NCBI GenBank assembly: GCA_040954595.2
Contig: CM082583.2
Span: 8,790,254 to 8,854,253, forward strand
DNA length: 64,000 nucleotides
Source: Balanoglossus misakiensis
Lineage: Eukaryota > Animalia > Hemichordata
Reading direction: 5' to 3'
Both the position numbers and the translations under genes were made by a program. Below the pieces are notes generated by a model. That model did not search any database and was not told the DNA's origin. It saw nothing but the letters and a program-made list of their open reading frames with translations. Positions 40,601 to 52,668 of this stretch are shown one piece after another (position 1 is the first letter of the stretch; each line of letters begins with the position of its first letter).

Positions 40601-42101
40601 CTCGTTTACTACTGTTTCGAGGCCTTAACTTTCTAGTTTTTGATTCTGAACTACCAATTCAGTGTCTGCGTCATCAGTAAACAGCTGCACGGTCTGGACT
40701 GCATGGAGCAATTTATAGGCCAAAATAATATGAGGATTAACATTTATTGATTTTTCTTCCTGGCCACAAGTATAGGTATATTCTTATCAAACGCAAAGTT
40801 CGATATATTTACATTGTAGTTGTACATATTTGTATAACAATATTTAATATCATGTGATCTGGCCATGGGACCCATGATGGCATTGTCGTTTCCACTCCAG
40901 ACATGGTGCCTCATCAGCATTGTCTGCACACTGACCGTCATCATCTCCATCACGTTGCCTAATTTAGATACCTACATGACTGCTTGAATTAGTGTACATT
41001 GTACATGGAATAATTGGGCTGTGGATACGTATGGACCTGTAATTAGTGGGTGGCGTTGCCGTTACTATGCAATGAATGTGAGGTTTCACACACTGAAAAG
41101 GGTTTTTTCTGTATGCAATTATATTCAAGGTGCACGAGAAAGTATTCTTCTGCATGAAGCCCGACCATCAGTTGCCAATTTTAGCACATATTATAGTGAA
41201 AACTAAAACATTAAACTCCAAATGCAAAAAAAAAAAAAAATGAGAAAAGAGGGGAATCGAACCCCGACCATGATGCATTTTTATTTTATTTAAAGCCTTG
41301 CCATCTTTGCCACAATGCGTTGAGGGTCGGTGGGGCAGGCGAATACCCCCCCCCCCCCAGTGTTTTTGCTAAGGTTGGGGAACATTGGTAATGGATTTGA
41401 GAACCCCGGTAACATTTCTGCAACCCCCTAATATAACTACATGTACATTGATACACCCAGGGGAACCCCGGTAAAATGACTGCGGAACTCCGGTAGATTT
41501 TACCTAGGTACCACCCTTAGCAAAAACACTGCCCCCCCCCCCCCCCGATATTAAATGAGTCATCCCTTTACAACAAAGGCGGCGTACATGGACTCGTCAC
41601 AAGCAATCGGCGCACAAGCGGGTCTTGCAAAAGATGCTGACACAAGTCAATCTAGACAAACGTCGCAATCGGTTCATTCAATTCGCAGGTCAACAAACCA
41701 GCGAAGTTGCAATTTCAATGGATGTTGTCACAGACTGTTTATTAGGCCGTCGATCAGCTGACCCCGATCAGCTGGGTACTGCAGTCACGACGAAGCCAAA
41801 GAGTTTAAGACTGTTTGCGTACATAAAGCCTTACGTGGTTTTGTGTTACCATTAACGATGACCCCCTCGAATGTAGTCGGCACAGTACGAATTGTATTTA
41901 ACTATTCAGCTAAACCTGTGCTGCCATGTCATGTCAGAGCATAGAAGGGCCAGCTACGTGTATACACACCAATACTGGCAATAGGGCTATTAGGCATAGA
42001 CAGTCGTAGCAGCTCATCGAGAAATAGAACAGTCATTTCCGGCGAAATAAATTGAAATCCTTCTATGATATACCCACCTGTGCTGTACAACAATCCTCCA
42101 T
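34610..42101 (-). CDS. SERINC5: Serine incorporator (SERINC5-like) multi-pass membrane protein, 13 coding exons, ~520 aa (exon 9b isoform)
   Basis: complement(join(34610..34775,35089..35254,35435..35476,35969..36038,36709..36802,37949..38117,38293..38388,38506..38682,38999..39036,39238..39414,39760..39938,40245..40409,42078..42101)); 1563 nt, phase-consistent. The Cys-rich N-terminus [38 protein letters not shown] is SERINC5-type. Other motifs: [77 protein letters not shown]. Confidence 0.93.
37345..37426 (-). CDS. SERINC5: SERINC5 alternative exon 9a (mutually exclusive with 36709-36802)
   Basis: TAG acceptor, GTAAGA donor, 82 nt, phase 2 to 0; open frame (S)[27 protein letters not shown]. 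Confidence 0.6.
37645..37720 (+). mobile_element. Partial copy of the TTAA-type MITE at 47064
   Basis: ..acaatggatttagactagaccatggtggtgaaagggttaa matches the right end of the 47064 element. Confidence 0.6.
39069..39215 (+). mobile_element. Tc1/mariner (pogo/Tigger-like) MITE fragment in SERINC intron 4
   Basis: Begins TA-CAGTCAAACCTGT, with internal repeated ggccacc..tctatata(g/a)aggccac palindromic units. The right TIR is not clear. Confidence 0.5.
41251..41318 (-). pseudogene. Degenerate tRNA-like sequence / tRNA-derived SINE head
   Basis: Minus strand: A-box-like TGGCAAAGATGG, a decayed AT-rich middle, B-box/T-arm GGGGTTCGATTCCCC, then a T-run. There is no anticodon arm. Confidence 0.4.
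41358..41531. mobile_element. 174-bp hAT-like MITE inserted in a poly-C tract
   Basis: Perfect 17-bp TIR CAGTGTTTTTGCTAAGG / CCTTAGCAAAAACACTG; internal subterminal repeats GAAC(C/T)CCGGTA x3; poly-C on both flanks is compatible with an 8-bp TSD. Confidence 0.8.
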
Positions 42102-43018
42102 CTTGCGAAAGTGGGGTTAGTTGGAAGGTGGTACGTCAAACGGCAGGGAAAACTCACAAAATGTCATTCCCCTCTTGTGTTTTCATCCATCTCATTGTTG
42201 TACTGAACATAATAAATGCTCTTCCATCAACCTCCCGCCGGTGATCGTATTCCAATAGGCCTATTGCTCTTATTCCCCTTTCCATGTATTTTCATGACAA
42301 TTTGGGCGTTGCTAGATGTGCCTGAATGATTTATAAATGTCTTTACAAAAATAGATTTTTTTATGAAGTTCCAAGAGATTGATGCATGAGGCCTTCTCAG
42401 GGGAAACTTGGTTGACCGTGGTTTAACCTTTGACATGGTGTTCATATTTTGAATGCCGGCCATTGTTTACAGTGTTCCATAGTAAAACTGCACCCCCTGT
42501 TTTAGCTGCAGTTCAGTAGCTCAAGGTTTTGTGTGTTTGCCATCTAACAACACACAAACCAAGGCAAAAACTGCAACTAGCTGAACGTTTCAGATGATTT
42601 ATTGAGAGAATGGGGTTGATCTGTTATTGTCATTAACCATGCCATGAGTCATAATTCTGACCGATAATTTGTGCTCGTAAACAATTTCAATTTGGTGTGA
42701 CCTTTCACAGTGTCGATGACACAAATAGCCCAAAATGTACAGCCAAACTCTAGATTCACTCGGCATTCTACAAAGTCAAAGAACGATTCGTTAATAATGC
42801 TCCAAAAAGTGGGACTTTATTTGTCGGATCATTGTACATTGTTCATAAGTTGATTGTCAGAAAACGAATACCCTAACCTCGATATCACCTTTACATGGCC
42901 AACTTTCAGATTCTAACGGTTTTCTACTAGAAAGTGGATGCTTTCAACAACTTCGGTATTTAAAACAAGGTCAAAACCGATTTCTTTTTACGTAGAATCA
43001 CTCGCCCGTCATTAGATT

Positions 43019-43066
43019 AGTGGTGGTGGTGGTGGTGATGATGATGATGATGATGATGATGATGAC
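43019..43066 (+). repeat. (GGT)n(GAT)n microsatellite
   Basis: Directly visible. Confidence 0.9.
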
Positions 43067-44377
43067 GCGATGTTGAATTGTACTGCAGACGATTCGAGAG
43101 CTCGTACTTGACATATCGATGAGGCTCTCCTCTTTTCATGTTCCTATCTAAATCGGGTGTGTTTCCTATTATTCATCAGTACACGCCCATTTAGCCATTG
43201 TGCTACCAGTGAAAACCGGTAAACGGATCAAACTGTGTGTAAATTATAACGACATAGTAAACGTGGCTCCACGTGTGTTTTGGTCGTCCGTATGCCTAAT
43301 TATGGTTTATTTGTTTTCTCTTCAATCCTTCTGTTCATTTCCGTCAATCCGGGGCAGACACCAATTGAAAGCAATGCTCTACTTCTGAGTGGGCGTCGCA
43401 TTCTCCAGTAAAAGTTACCGGCCTGTGTCATTCACAGAAAGGAAATAAAACACGTACTATTGGGGATCAGTCACCCCCCCCCCTTCCCCCTCCATGTCAT
43501 GCACCCACATATAGCTGCCACACGTCATACGCGTCACGGCCACTGTAGCGCAGGGTGGGTGGGCATGCCAAGGTCTTCCATCCCCAAAGCAACCGAACCG
43601 CCGTTATGGGAACCAATATGCAAACGCTGGTGTGAGGTACTACCGAACGTCGCAACGCTTATTTTTGACGTCCTCTATTTCTGTGTTGGGGAAAACGAAA
43701 CCTCTCCAACATTTAAACGTCAATGCCCTGCGTTACACATGATATCAACGTGAACTCGCGCAAAAACGACTGACCAATGATTTCTTGATGCTGGAACGGC
43801 ACAGATTATAAAGTTATACTTCATTAATGTCTAAATTTTAATACAATATGACATGGACCATCACCAATAACTATCCTTATTCAAGATGCGTGTAACTACT
43901 GGGATGATGGAACAAGGCTTATGGGTACGTATACATAATACCTAACTTGCTACCTTCTAACTTACCTACCCATCCACCCACTCACCTACACACCCAGACC
44001 CACCCACCCACCTACGTACCTGCTTGCATGAATGTACATACACGTGTATAGTCATTTTTTTTGCTACGTGTTTCATCCATCTATTCGTTTACATGAACCT
44101 GAGGCTAGTGTTTACGTCACCATTCAATGCCAGACCACCCAATGAAATCACGGGAGAGCGTCAATTTCAATTTGAACAGAAATTTGTCTGCTTTCGATTG
44201 GGGAATCCGTCATCTGCGTCACGACGCATTCGACTTCAACCAATCATTGCCAGTGTACTATGGCAACGGCCGGTGATAGGTTTCTTCTCTTTGAAAGATA
44301 AATAACATAATGAATTCATCTTTCTCCCCATTAAAGACGGTGCAGTTTAACCGTATTGGCCATTTTGTCTTTCACAG

Positions 44378-44436
44378 TCGATCCTGATACACCAGAGAGC
44401 GCCCCGGAGCCACTGGACACGACGCCCTGTACCAAG
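44378..44436 (+). other. Probable upstream (5'UTR) exon of Trunk-like B
   Basis: Acceptor ttttgtctttcacAG, 59 nt of GC-rich sequence with no ATG, strong donor AAG|GTAAGT. The coding exon has its acceptor at 46011. Confidence 0.45.
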
Positions 44437-46020
44437 GTAAGTTGAATGAGGAGCGTACGGAGCGAATGCGAAAAAAACACACCAGAAGATGTAAATTCCG
44501 CAAAACTTAATCTTACAGTGCGATTCGCCTCTAATGCAAGCTTCTTGTCGGATACAACTTTCGTCGCAGAAGTTTTTGATATTCAAAATGAGGATAAAAC
44601 GACAGCCGTCTCCGGTGATCAAGTTTTTGAAATGCTATAACACACCTTCTGCATAACCAGATTTTCAAATACTTTCAAATACTAACACATGATTATGACT
44701 GAAAAATCCCTAGAAAGTATAGGCGCGGGCAATACAATCCCTAAATGTAAAATCTGAGACCAGGAAGCCGGCATCATTCAAGACTTTCTACCAATTCGAA
44801 ATATAACCATTTATCATCTTGGCCATCTTGAAGTTCGTGCAAAACTTGATTTACTCCCATAAGAGCACATTTTCACCGCTAATCTTTGGTTCCTGCCTTG
44901 AACGCATCCTGCATGTATAAAACCAAAAGTAAAGAAGTTGCCGAATTATGGCTGCCGATCAATTTATAATGATTGCCTTATCTCGTTGCACGGACTCTCC
45001 TTGAGTTGACTTGAACGGCAGATTTCTCCATTTGTTAGTTTCGCCGAAAGCACGTCGCAAGAACATCCCGCGGCCGCGCTTTGTTTTCAGATGGAACCTT
45101 CAGCCCGTGATGTCGGAATGACATCTAAACCTTGTTGGGCACGTTCATGGAAACGTCTTTCGCGGATTTCTTTTTACAATTACTTTACGCGCATTGCAAT
45201 TATATGTCATCGCAAGCTTTTATCACTTCACGGGAATTGCAATGCCTTCTCATTAACACGACACTTACAGAGCATTGTTGCGTGCGTACTGAAAGAGCTG
45301 AAAATAACTAGACGAAGGCTATCGATCCGTATCGTACCTGATATCTTAGTTTTAAAGATTCGGTTTAACTATTCCAGGATGATCAATTGTGTGAAAATAG
45401 CATTTCTCCTTGTCATTTCTTCCGATGATAATATGTGTGCTTTATTTTTTTTCCTTGCAGAAAAACACACGAGTGGACACCATCAACTATCATTTACCTA
45501 TTGACATATAGACACTGCCTTAACCTTTGCCAATCAACAAAGAGCGTTCTCATGGGTCCCTTTGTCACACCTATTAACTTAAAGGTTCGTACCGTGATAA
45601 TGTAGCCAGCTATTAATCATCATAGTACCCATTCCGGTCTTTTCCCATTTGACATAGTGGAAACGTCGACGGCGTTTTCGTGCGACGTCATCGCAACATC
45701 TGGGTTGAACTTAAGAAATGATGATATATAGGCCTATCACTAAAAATTCCAAAGGTCAAACCCGATTGAAAAATAACAATTTTTTTCTCATTTCACTGTT
45801 GAGTGCTACCGTTGCTAATACGTTACAAGATCGAAAAGAACATTTTAATTTTGTGAAATGAATGTGTTATGAACTGTTTTTTACAGTTTAAAGGAATTGC
45901 TTATATTCCCCAAGTAAAGTTAAATTTATATGAAAAAGTCTCTATCGGTAACTAAGGCATTTATTGGTATGCTTTAACTGACTGTATTCATTGTTCTTGC
46001 TTGGCTTACAGGTTGTGGCA

Positions 46021-46671
46021 ATGATAGCGGCACTGACGCTGTTGGTTTTCACCAGTCAAGTGCTGAGTGCCCCGACCGTCTTTATCACCGGACGAGGCAC
46101 GCCGATTTGTCTGCGCGCCACGACCAGTCACCTCAAGGGAAAGCTAGGCGAGGACTTGAATCCGCACATGATGGCGATCTTCAACCCGAACCTGCCCACC
46201 GCGCCGCCGGATGTGGACACGACGAACGGTGTGATCAAGCTGGACATTCCGAGAAACGACAGCTTTGTCGTCGTGCCGCCGTTCGACGCGGAGACCGGCG
46301 ACAGTAGCGGCGACTCGGGCGCCGCCACGGCCGCCACCGGTGTGCCAGACTTCTCCGGCGATGTCCAAGAACGGCAGGCCAAGAAAGAGGCCGAGTCGCT
46401 CCCGTGGTCGTGCCCAACCGACAGCGAATGGCGCGATCTCGGGCCGAATATTTTCCCGCGCTACCTGCGATACACACGCTGCGGAAAATCGTCCTGTTTT
46501 TACGGTCACTACAGTTGTATTGCACAAACATATGCAGTTAAAGTCTTGAGGAAGATCAACAGCGAGTGTACAGGTGTACGTGATACTCATGGCGAATACA
46601 TTATGATTGAAAGATGGCTACCGTACAAAATCAGAGTGCCAATGAATTGTGCGTGTCAAAGTGGACTGTAG
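46021..46671 (+). CDS. trk: Trunk/PTTH-like secreted cystine-knot protein, paralog B, ~216 aa
   Basis: Single coding exon (acceptor at 46010-46011, ATG at 46021). Signal peptide MIAALTLLVFTSQVLS. Trunk/Noggin-type pro-region motif C..LKGKLGEDLNPHMMAI (compare Trunk LG.AFNPRYMSI). Basic site RQAKK. C-terminal knot PWSCPTDSEWRDLGPNIFPRYLRYTRCGKSSCFYGHYSCIAQTYAVKVLRK..C..W..CAC. AATAAA at 46932. Confidence 0.9.
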   Translation: MIAALTLLVFTSQVLSAPTVFITGRGTPICLRATTSHLKGKLGEDLNPHMMAIFNPNLPTAPPDVDTTNGVIKLDIPRNDSFVVVPPFDAETGDSSGDSGAATAATGVPDFSGDVQERQAKKEAESLPWSCPTDSEWRDLGPNIFPRYLRYTRCGKSSCFYGHYSCIAQTYAVKVLRKINSECTGVRDTHGEYIMIERWLPYKIRVPMNCACQSGL

Positions 46672-47063
46672 ATTGTAAATGTTAAAGCCAGGGGGAAATA
46701 CAACTTTCAGATATATATATTTTTAAAACAATTATTTATTTGTCGAATTTTCCACCGTCCTAGCTTGTGTGATGCAGCAGGGATCCATAAGCAATTAAAG
46801 TCTTTGTGCGTCTCATTTGAAGTGGCTTGCTGTTTTGGCATTTTCAGTTCCATGTTGCATGCACTACAATATACGAGGACGTTGGAAATAGGACACATAA
46901 ACTCATGTGTCCACTAAAAAAACAAATGTGCAATAAATCAAACATCTTCGCTTCTGTCAGTGGTAAACGGCGATCAACTCTGAATACTTTGCAAATACAT
47001 GCACTTACCATCGAAGTTGTATTTGCCCCTGGTTTTACGATTAACGGGTATAATTTCTTTGGC

Positions 47064-47155
47064 TTAACCCTTTCACCCCAGTTCCCTCTTTAGAGGTCCA
47101 ACCTTGCCAGAGCAAACAATGGGTTTGGACTGAACCATGGTGGTGAAAGGGTTGA
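47064..47155. mobile_element. 84-bp piggyBac-like (TTAA) MITE
   Basis: TTAA-CCCTTTCACC ... GGTGAAAGGG-TTGA: 10-bp TIR starting with CCC and a TTAA-like TSD; a related copy lies at 37645-37720. Confidence 0.65.
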
Positions 47156-48886
47156 TTGTGATATGTTAGTGGAAGTTATGTATTTTTGTTCACAAATCAC
47201 CATATCTTCTTTCTTTCTGTCATATCTTCGTCTTTAATTTATTGTAAAATATTACTGCTCAAGTAAATTGTTTGTTATTCTTTTGCTGGTTAAGATTTTG
47301 AAAGGTTAGGGTAGATTTGTTAGTTTTTTCAATACTGAGTTAGAAGTTGATCATGCCAAAAACTTCATTACTTACTGAAATGACATTTACAGTATCAAGG
47401 GTTCAGCACCGCCGCTAGTTTTCTTGCCGGCCTTTGGGGTTTCCCGCCTTTTTTTCGTTGTGCAAAAGAGCACGTGGTCCACAAATGCGATGGCGTATAT
47501 AGACACAGTCACCTCTCTTGCAAACTTATAAATCGAGGTTACTATAGACAGCATACGCTTTTTCAGGGCGGCAGGTGTCGTGAGCTGGTGGTTTGTAAGT
47601 ACGACGTGTCTCTCAGATAAAATCATAGCTAATGGCTTCGATGAATTTGGGGTTGTGACTGCTTCAGTCCTGTTTTGTCGTAGAGATCGGTGTTTGGCGA
47701 GTATCACATGCGGGGGAAGGGAAGCGCACTATTTTCGCAACACCTGCCCCGTGCTTTCGTTGTTTGTTGGCAGTGCTCTACTGTGCTGTTTGGCGTTTTG
47801 TTTTCGCAACTGACCGCGTGAATGTGATGCTAGTACTTGATCTAGTCTTTGATTTCAAAAATAGGGGATGGCTAACGACCTCGGGGGTACGACCGCCATT
47901 ATTCCAATAGACTTACGTAGCTTGCCTTCTGAGACGAAAATCAGAGTTGGTGTATCAGTATTCAAGTTATCTCGGTAGCATGAGGAACCACGCGGGCGTG
48001 TTAGAGAACTTAGAAATTGCATGTGTGGTGTTGGGACAACGTCGAAAGCTATGATGATACTCTTGGCTACTCTAAAATAAGGAATATCGCTCGGTCAACA
48101 TTTAAATGTTACTTTCGGCTTGCAATTTCGAATTCACTCCAGTGGTGCATGATTCAACCGGTACCGTACCCACATTTAAAACTCGTGATGTACCTTAGTG
48201 CGTTGTTTTGTGTTTGTTTCTATTGGTCAGGAAATGGATTTTTCTGCAAAAAAGGATGAGTGTGAAATAAGAACTGCTTGTCTCATTTTTACCTTAAGAC
48301 AACAGTTGACGTTAGGGGTAGACTACATACAGACATTATAACCACCGTGGGTATATATTCCCATCGGTTGCCAATAGCCTTTTTAGTTCCTCCACTATAC
48401 GGTTTCCTTCATTCATTAGTGACTAGGTTACCTGGATTGTGACAGATTGACCAGTATTTAAACGGAAATGAAATTCCACTATGTTCTGTCAACAGATGTT
48501 ATACACTTTCGTCTATTTAATCTTTTTTTGGTGACGCACTTGTGTTTTTAAATTTATTTACTGATACATACGATCTGATCCTTCACCTGGTAAAGGATGT
48601 CGGTTGTTTGAGAACTTTATGCAGTCTGCTGCTGTCGGGAGAATGCTAAGTGCCAACTTTTGGGTACCTGTTTCGCGAAATGATTCTCACACGGTTACTA
48701 CTGCTCATCCAAACAGGCCACGTCCATGGCCCCTAAACGACATTTAATACATCCTGGCATATTGTCGGTGGCCATTTGGAGTTCAAACAGTCGACCATGC
48801 CTTCGAATCTGTGCACTCTAACTCATCCTAAATAAACAATTTGGATTGTTGTCGGTTACAAAACGGTGAATGTTTATGTAACATTG

Positions 48887-48930
48887 AATGATGCATGACG
48901 TCATAGCAAATGATGCATGACGTCATAACA
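48887..48930. promoter_or_regulatory. 22-bp tandem duplication carrying two perfect CRE palindromes
   Basis: aatgatgcaTGACGTCAtagca aatgatgcaTGACGTCAtaaca; CRE at 48896-48903 and 48918-48925. Confidence 0.5.
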
Positions 48931-51900
48931 AAAAAAACCACCAGGATGTAAGGTCACTCGGGTGGCACATTCGATCCACTACACGACATGGCGCTAACGA
49001 ATTCTTATGGCAATAGCTTTGTTTATTCTTCACTTTTTTTCCCTTCCTATATTTATTATATATTTGTTGCTGTTCCGTTTCATCGTTAGCAATGATTAAA
49101 AAAGAGAAAAAAATGAAACAATCTTGTGTGTGTTTTCCATGAATATAACGTTCTTGCAATCTGGGAATCCAGGTGTTAACGGTAAATGGCAGTGTATGTG
49201 TGATGTTAAAGATAGAAGAAAAACACAACACGGTTACCGTAACGTTAGAATTCAATATCTTATAAATTTTACATTGAGTAAATGTCCACGAATGGCTACA
49301 TGGACGCAAAACCTCGACCATATGTATTGTTTACCAGTATTAACCATCCGGACAGGCGAGAAACAACTGAAAGTGTGCCCCGAATGAAAGAAAACTCCCG
49401 CGAGTATGAGACTTCTTTTGGGTCTATTGTTGTTGTAAAATCAGTCCTGACCTGTGTTCGTTCGCTTGTCCCAGCCAGTATAACCAGTGTTTGATAAATA
49501 TACGCCACGTAGGTACAATTTTGAGAATCCTTATAAATTTGCTCGTTCTGGCTTTGCTTGAGGTAGCCCCAAAACCAAATCTCCGGCGAACTGAAAGCGG
49601 ACTACGCTCTGTTCCTTACGTTTCGATGGAAAATCAATTTTGGGACACTTTCCAACTCAGAATTTCAAATAGAGATACTGGTAATTTATTTCTTTAAATG
49701 AATTTAAATGAACACTTGGACAGGGGCGCACGCGTCGAAGGAACATATTTAACACTAGAAAGTGCACATTTTAGGGTTAAGCCATTTGACAAGAAACGTT
49801 TATCGGGTCATTATTTAATGATATTGAGCCTTATAACTGGAAGTTAACTATATTCAATGTGTTATTGATGGCTGGGTTACAGTTTTCGTGTCCTATTCTG
49901 TGTTTGGAGTCGCCAAACCGGGAACCATGTTCGCGGTTTTGGGAGCGAACCTGCCGTGTACTATATAGCCGTCGCGCGGCTAGGTTCCCGGATGGGAAAG
50001 CTGCAGTGGCGAGTTGCGTACGGTTTGTTTGATTGGATGAGACGTGGAAGCGGGGTGGTCAAATTGCAACATAAATAATGCCCTTACAGTTATACCCAGA
50101 ACAACCATCAACAAATGTCACTTTCATTTGCGAAATTATATATATACCGGATGACTTTTCGCTAGCAAATGCTGAAGGTCGAACAATGTTTAATTGCCGC
50201 AATGAGCGAGAAACAGTGCGACTTAGTACGACAGACGGACACCTCCCGACGTCTACATCCTCCAACCAAATGAGCGTGGGCGTCCATTTACGTAGGCGAC
50301 GACGTATTTTCCCCGGGACTACACAATACCGCGTGTCCGTATTTAATATATTGTAATTAAGGCGAAAATAATAGTTTATCATTGCCTTTTAAGAGCAGGA
50401 CAAGTTTCACTGTACGTGTAGACAGTCTTGCAAAGTTATCTAAATCGTCTTTGAGGCGCGCACACTTAAGTTCCAGGAAATATACTCCAGTCCGCTACGT
50501 AACCGCCGATCCTATTAAGATTAAGGAAGTAGTAGTACTTGCCCAGGGAAAATATTTTCAGAAGAATGATAGTCCTTTAAACCTTGCTGTCCTTTGCTAC
50601 ATTTATTAACCAGGTAGAGTGTGTAAGGAGTCTTTTTGAATCAAAGAAGAAAACGGAACGTTAACGGTCTTGTTTTTCACAAACTTCACCCAGTATTAAC
50701 ATTTCTCCATAGACAGAGCACGGCCATTTTGTGATCATGTATAGGGTAATCAAAATTCAACAGTTTAGCATAAGTTGTGAGAAAAATATTAAAAGAGTCG
50801 CCTTGCGAATTCAGTACCTAATTCATTGATCGCAACTCTAATTACAGAAGTAGAAATTTTGTATTCATACCAACCGAAGTACGGGGATGTACAGGATTCA
50901 AGTAAATGGCCTATTCTGTTGCAGTAGTTTCGATTCCGCTGAATCCCGTTTATTACTGACCACCCAAATCAGGCGAAAATCTTTCATAGCAACGAAATGA
51001 GTAAAAATGGTCAACACTGGACAATCAGTTAATGTACAAATGCACAATATCAAACGATTGCCACGTGGAAGAGATGTCATTAAGGAGGTTCGATAAGAGC
51101 GTTTGTTTGTTTGTTCGCTTTATATTCCCAGGAGAAATATTTATCATTCATTTTGTCATTTGAGTCAAATGACTCTTTCTGGTCCCAAATTTCAACGTGA
51201 TCAAAACATTCAGTGACCATACCGAGTCTATTCGATCAAAGATTGTTTGACCGAGCTATGTGCAAAAGCCATGAAAATGGCAAAATGGCGAATGCAGTCC
51301 TTTGGGAACAGAAAAATTCGTCGTTCTCATAGGGAGCTCGCAGTATTGAAGCGGCTCGCCTACTTATCTACAGAATTGTCATGTTTGAGGTGTGGGCGTT
51401 TTCCTGTTTATGTGCCAACTTTCACGCGCATCTAGAACTCAAGGAAGGCCGCTTGGCACACTGAAATATGTTTAGTAGTTCGAAAACAAGAAACCTCCTG
51501 GGCCTATAATCTTGACCTTCACTAGAAGCGAAGGTGAAGTACGCACATCGGGGACAAATTTTCAGAACAATGACAGCCCTCCTAAACTTGCAATTCTTTG
51601 CTGTATCAAAGTATTTTTTTAAACGCCCATTACATTTGCGTACATTGCTTATTGCCTTCTCCAAATGGGGACGTCTTGTTTAACTGAAGCAAATGCATTC
51701 AAATACAAGAAGAAATGTAAAGTTGATGTCTAGGAACTTCACAATCACAAATAACGGGGGGGGGGTGTAATCCAACTGCTCTTACGCGTTTAGGTATATT
51801 TCGGTAAACGCATTCATGATTAAGTAAACAACGGTGTTTTGCAAAACGCTGCCTTAAAAGGTTAGCGCAGTATATCCTGTTTTTTTGTCCTGCCATTCTT

Positions 51901-52668
51901 GACGGTTTGTGCCTGGGTGAAATACGCCAACAGCGGAAGAGCATATTTCTGGGGGGTAATTACCTGCTATCCGGTGATGACTGCAAATTCCACCGCCGCC
52001 CCTACATTTCCTCAAACCGTACGGCTTAACTATCATTAACCTTCTTCAAGTTATTTTATCCACTTCCTCAGTGTCGCTGATCATCATGCAAGTTTTTTTT
52101 TCTCTGTTTTTCTGCTCGATTTCTACTCTGCAAACTTGAAATAATCCATTCACAAACCGTAATGGCGTTGCCTTTCTTTCCAGTATGAGGTCATCATGAT
52201 TTGTGATCGACGAAGCGGCCGTCTTGTCATGCGCAACCACCGACATGTCTGATTGATCGCTCACGGTAGCAAGTCATTCCGGAAATCTTTTTAATCCGTG
52301 CTCATATAACCGAATGGACGAGTAGCGTAGAAGGAAACAGTTTCTTACCCTCACATTTCGCATAATTCAACGTGACTGATAGAAAAATCCGAGTTGTATT
52401 TAGTTTATTTATTACAAAAAAATCGTGAACATTACAAAGGATCCATGATGTGCGTATTAGATGTGTGTGAACTGTTACATTAAGGCCTTCAGCCAGTTCT
52501 ATCGTTCAATACACGACTCGGTAAACCGTGATTTCATTCTAAAAAATAATTTTCGGTGAATAAAGGTTATAATTTATATACGTTCCGACGTTAAACTCAT
52601 AAACGTACAACATTAACATTTAAATAAAATTCTGGTTAGTTGGTATATAGTATCACGGGGGTCAAAGG

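Noticed and set aside
41251-41318. Functional tRNA gene
   Set aside because: There is no anticodon stem and no paired acceptor stem, so it is kept only as a degenerate relic.
25475-46671. Calling the two cystine-knot genes canonical Noggin
   Set aside because: They lack the Noggin N-terminal BMP-binding clip and the CS.P.GM.C and CKCSC cysteine pattern; C(F/Y)YGH(F/Y)xC fits Trunk better.
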